Source of the DNA: Rhizodiscina lignyota
Taxonomy: Eukaryota
Assembly (NCBI GenBank): GCA_010015805.1
Contig: ML978125.1
Location: forward strand, 124,001-188,000
DNA: 64,000 bases
Direction: 5' to 3'
The number at the start of each line of letters is the position of its first letter. Within the stretch, counting starts at the first letter, position 1. Position numbers and translations under genes: made by a program. Below the pieces are notes generated by a model. That model did no database searches, was not told the origin of the DNA, and worked only from the letters and a program-made list of their open reading frames with translations. This document shows positions 60,036-64,000 of this stretch, piece by piece.

Positions 60036-63000
60036 CAGACGTCTTCTCGGCCCTCTTTCTCACCTATTCCTGGCTTCCGGTTCGACAAGGAGCTTTGTGG
60101 TTGAATATGTCCGAATGGGACGTTGGTGACAATATAGTCTTCATGCTCTGTGATGAGTTTCCCCTGTATCATAGATTGACCTAATTCGAGAGCCGATGTA
60201 AGGAACAGTCGAGTATATGATCCGTTTCTACTTCCAACGCAGTAGTGATAACTCCGGGAAGGAGCGAAGTATGTATGACAAAGTACGTCAGGCGTAGAGG
60301 TGGCATTGCGGAGATTTCTGCCTTAAGTAAAGGCATCGTTGCATGACGATTCGAGCATCATAGAAGGCCCATCTGACTTGGTGAAACAACAAAATTCTTG
60401 ACTACATGACTTGGAGAGAGTTTATTCAGAGTGTGATTGTATGAAGAGGAGAGTCGACTACGCGACTTAGGAAGGGAACATTCCAAGTGCGCTTGTATGA
60501 AGAGAAGAGGAGAGCGAAAGTGCGGTCTGAGGGTATCCCTCCGTACCAATAGATAATCGGTCAAAGAGCTCTTGGAGTTTACCGCGGCTTGGAAACGGTT
60601 TGCGTTCATTTACTGGTTTGAGGTCGTCATCTGGTTCCGACTCGTGCGAAGGAGTGGAGATTCATTGATGTTGTGGAGTACAGCTGCAGCGCTAACATCT
60701 GAAGTCCCTTGTCATCAACGCATGGCACGCCAGTCTGCAGTGCGAATTGCTCAACCGTGTGTATACCAGATGTCGTCGCAAGCTTTATTGGCGGCTTGAT
60801 GATCCGGCGCAGAGCAATTGCGAAGATTATACGCTCAGTCCAGACTTCAGAAATGACTAACTCGCAGTCTCAGACCACTTTGAGTTGATTCAGTTCAGAC
60901 AATACCCGCTGCAGTGGATGGACATGCTTAGGACTGGGGGGAGTGCGGTCCAGGCAGACGTCGATTCATGAAAGGGAAAATTTGGTGTGAGGTTCGGTGA
61001 TAGTGACCCAAGCGCGGTGTGGGGGTTCCATCGACAGCAGCTTCGTGGTGCGTAGGGCGGTGAGGTCGAAAGCCAAATGATCGTCGATTAACTCAATCTG
61101 GCTGCTGGTGATATTGAATGCACGCTGCATCTGAGCGGCCGGGGTGCTGCGAGTCTGGATATTTCGCAGAGTGCAGTAGCCCGCGCGCATTTCGCTGATT
61201 GGTGGACTTTCGAGCGTTGCGTCTAGCGCGACTCGAAGGGAAATTGGACTTTCCGCTTCAGCGCAAACCCTCCACCTCCGCATTCCAGAAGGGCAGCGAC
61301 AGAGCCGCAACACCTGGAAATCGTCACAGGCACCTTGCTGATCGCAGCACCCGCCCAGATGAGACATGTCGGTCGATAGCGCAAGCACGAGTTTGAGATG
61401 AGGTGCACGTCCTGCCTTTCTGGACGGCGTGCAAGCCGCCGATGGCGCTCGCACACCTCACCTCCTCCTGCCGTCTTCCGAGTAATTTGACGGCCAGTTG
61501 GAGGCCTTTCCATCGTTCGACCCGTTGTGTTGGAGACGTAGGTCTGCATGATGACGCTACTGTGTCTATTGCCTTTCCCTCTTGGGCGTGACGCTTGGCC
61601 GGCGCCGAAATTGTTTGCCCTGCAACCGCTGACAGGGCCAGGAGTGAAAAGAGGGGTCCCGACACACCGAAGGCACAATCGCATCTCGTCCATCTCCAGC
61701 GGCGCCTCTTCCAGTCCGCCTGTGCTGTGGAGGCTTCCGCGCTCGGCAGCCAGGCTCAGGGCAAGGGCAAGCCGTCGAATTGCGGTGGTTGTCAGCGCAG
61801 TGGCCAGGTTAAGCATAAAGCGCCGCAGCTTGATGCGGTTAAAAGCAACCCAAGAGGTGGAGAGGGCTCTAGCTTGCGCTGCTTGCGCGGCAATAAGATG
61901 GAAATTCAGCAGCGTTGCAGACGGCGGCGCGTGAGCAGCGAGAAGCGCATCTTGCTCCCGCCCTTTCCCCATCAGACAGGTCACAAGTTCGCCGTCCAGG
62001 CTCGGAACATGATTGAGCGAGCGCTCGAAACACACATTGCTTTGCTGCGGCCATTTCCGCCAACGAATGCTTCTTTTCTGGATGGCCGCTGTGTCACGAC
62101 TAGCGCAGTCAGCGCCCAAGGGTCTCCACATCCATTCTGCGATTCATGTCGACCTCGTCGCTGCTGTCGCCGACGAATAAGTGAGTGAGGCGCTCAGGCC
62201 AGGAAGGCGTTCAAGCCTGATTAGATTTAACGTCGTCCTGCTTCCCCGGCGCATTACGAGACATGCAGGGCAGGGAGCGTGAGGCGTGCGAGGCTTCACG
62301 GAATCTACAAATCGGCACTACTTCAGAGGTACAGTGGGCCCTTGACCTCCGACTAGGCTGCGGGAGGCAGCTGTAGCTGCCGATCACGAGCATGGCCAAT
62401 TGGGAAAACGTCGCCGCGAGTGCGCACCTCCGCAAAGCACAGCAGCTCGCTTCTTGCGATGGATGGCAAAGGCGCGTTCAAGGTTCATGTTCACGGCGTG
62501 TGGAGAGCAGCAGAGCTCCCCAGCCCGCCGTGTCAGACCCCTGCGGTGCAGAGCAGAGCGCATTCTTAGCAGCGAAATTCCAGGGTTGGGAATTAGGAAT
62601 GCCAGTGTCGGGCGCCCCTTTGACGGCGGGACGTTGGCAATTGCAAGCCGTCATTGCTGCTCGTGCGGTAGGCCCGCGGACTGCGTGCGTGCGAGCGATG
62701 GGGAGGATGGGGGCGTCAGCGCGTTTGATTTCAATGCCTCCGCCCCTGCCCATCACGGCCGGCGTGAGTGGAGCTCTGGCTAAGGGTTCAGCAGCAGGCG
62801 TGGCGCTAGCGCACGCCGGCCTTGGCACGACGTCATGTCTGGCGGCGCGATAGCTGCTCCAGCACGCTTCCCTACGCACTGATGCACAGCACGCACTTCC
62901 TGCCTAATACCTTACGTCAATGTCTTATGGCCCTGCCCGCTGCCATATATTCTCCTAACGCCTCCCAAGCGGAGCATGATCTGCCCTTCTAAACCCAAAT

Positions 63001-63589
63001 GCTCCACAATTCACTCAAGCCGCCTCCAAGCATTCTGATCATTGCTCCTTCAAACGCTCCATCTCGCGCGTGAGCCAGCAACAGCCTGTTTCCGCCGCGC
63101 GACCGTGTCCTGTCATTTCGAGTGCGCGCCGTTGGCTGCTGCTCGATGATATCGCTCGTCACGGGGTCCTGATCAACTCGAGCTGCTCCATTCGTCAAAG
63201 CTTCGGCGCTGCGTGCCACCGCGTCACTCAATTGTCTGCCGGCCATTGGCCTTCGGCCTTCGTCACCGCCGTCTCCTGCCACTACTTCTGCTACTAGCGA
63301 CCCGACAACTCGGCAACCCGTTGAGCACATCATTACCGTGTTCGGCAACCACCTCCTCGGGACTACCCAGCTCAGGAGATCAAGGAAATCTCACTGCCCT
63401 TACCGTCCTTAAGACTGCTGATCCCGCACATCTGTCAACGTGCGATCGTCTGTCCCCACGTTTTTCTCTCTGCTGGCCGTGAATCTTGGTTCGGGACCAA
63501 CGTTCTGCTACACAAGTCAACAAACACTCCCCCAGCAACAACATCAACAAACACCACACGTCGATTCTTATCTACTCCATCCTTTTATC

Positions 63590-64000
63590 ATGTCAATGGC
63601 TGTCGAGAACCGGCAGCAGGGCCAAATGAACGGCCTGCCGTACGACACCATGCGCTACCAACCGCCGCAATTCACGAATCCGTGGGTGGCAGGAACGTCC
63701 GGCCCAGCTCCGAACGTGCTCTATGCCGGCTCTCTCGCGCCGTCGAGCGGGCCGCTAGATTCGCACCACCAATTGCGACCGGCAGCCCTCAATCTTCAGT
63801 ATCCTGGAGGTTCTGCAACGTCCGCTCCGCTTGGAACAGGTAGTGTTATCTCAGACGGGCCATTCGAACAGGCAGACTTACTTGGAGTATCACAAGATGT
63901 CTTGAACACATCAAGATCCTATGGCAGCCAATTCACTGCTTCCCCCTCGCCCAACACATACGCACCAACATCCTCTGCCGCATACCCAATGGATTATGGA
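63590..64000 (+). CDS. N-terminal part of a probable transcription factor (FlbC-like), runs off window
   Basis: Open frame MSMAVENRQQ...PPQFTNPW...YPMDYG continues to the edge. The N-terminus resembles fungal FlbC proteins as I recall them; zinc fingers are not in the window. Confidence 0.55.
   Translation, partial: MSMAVENRQQGQMNGLPYDTMRYQPPQFTNPWVAGTSGPAPNVLYAGSLAPSSGPLDSHHQLRPAALNLQYPGGSATSAPLGTGSVISDGPFEQADLLGVSQDVLNTSRSYGSQFTASPSPNTYAPTSSAAYPMDYG

Noticed and set aside
61223..62188. 302-aa minus-strand and 197-aa plus-strand ORFs
   Set aside because: R/A/C-rich, motif-free translations in GC-rich DNA with overlapping ORFs in several frames, as expected of chance ORFs.
1..64000. tRNA/rRNA genes, CRISPR arrays, intact transposons
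   Set aside because: No cloverleaf, repeat-spacer array, transposase or reverse-transcriptase motif was recognised by eye. Small RNAs cannot be excluded without a covariance-model scan.

Overview
Eukaryotic DNA from a filamentous ascomycete (Pezizomycotina-type). It has about 23 protein-coding loci with short GT..(CTRAY)..AG introns, and I saw no rRNA, tRNA, CRISPR array or intact transposon. Most of the window is housekeeping: CDC26, a reticulon, a Cdt1-like factor, UTP15, ALG12, YOS1, creB, a PAS hybrid histidine kinase, PFA4 and the start of an flbC-like gene. The standout is the first ~7 kb, which looks like a fungal immunity/regulated-cell-death island. It holds an uncharacterised membrane protein (missed by the ORF track) head-to-head with an 843-aa HET-domain gene, a gasdermin-like (RCD-1/HET-Q1-type) gene convergent on the HET gene, and a decayed STAND-N/HeLo-like gene, with no activating protease visible in the window. 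Other leads are a reticulon whose stop codon sits inside a splice donor (predicted acidic-tail isoform), an intronless bacterial-type KstD-like flavoprotein, a GT2 + membrane-anchored GH16 pair, and an orphan protein with Pol II CTD-like YSPTSP repeats. All family calls come from motif recognition by eye; no searches were run.
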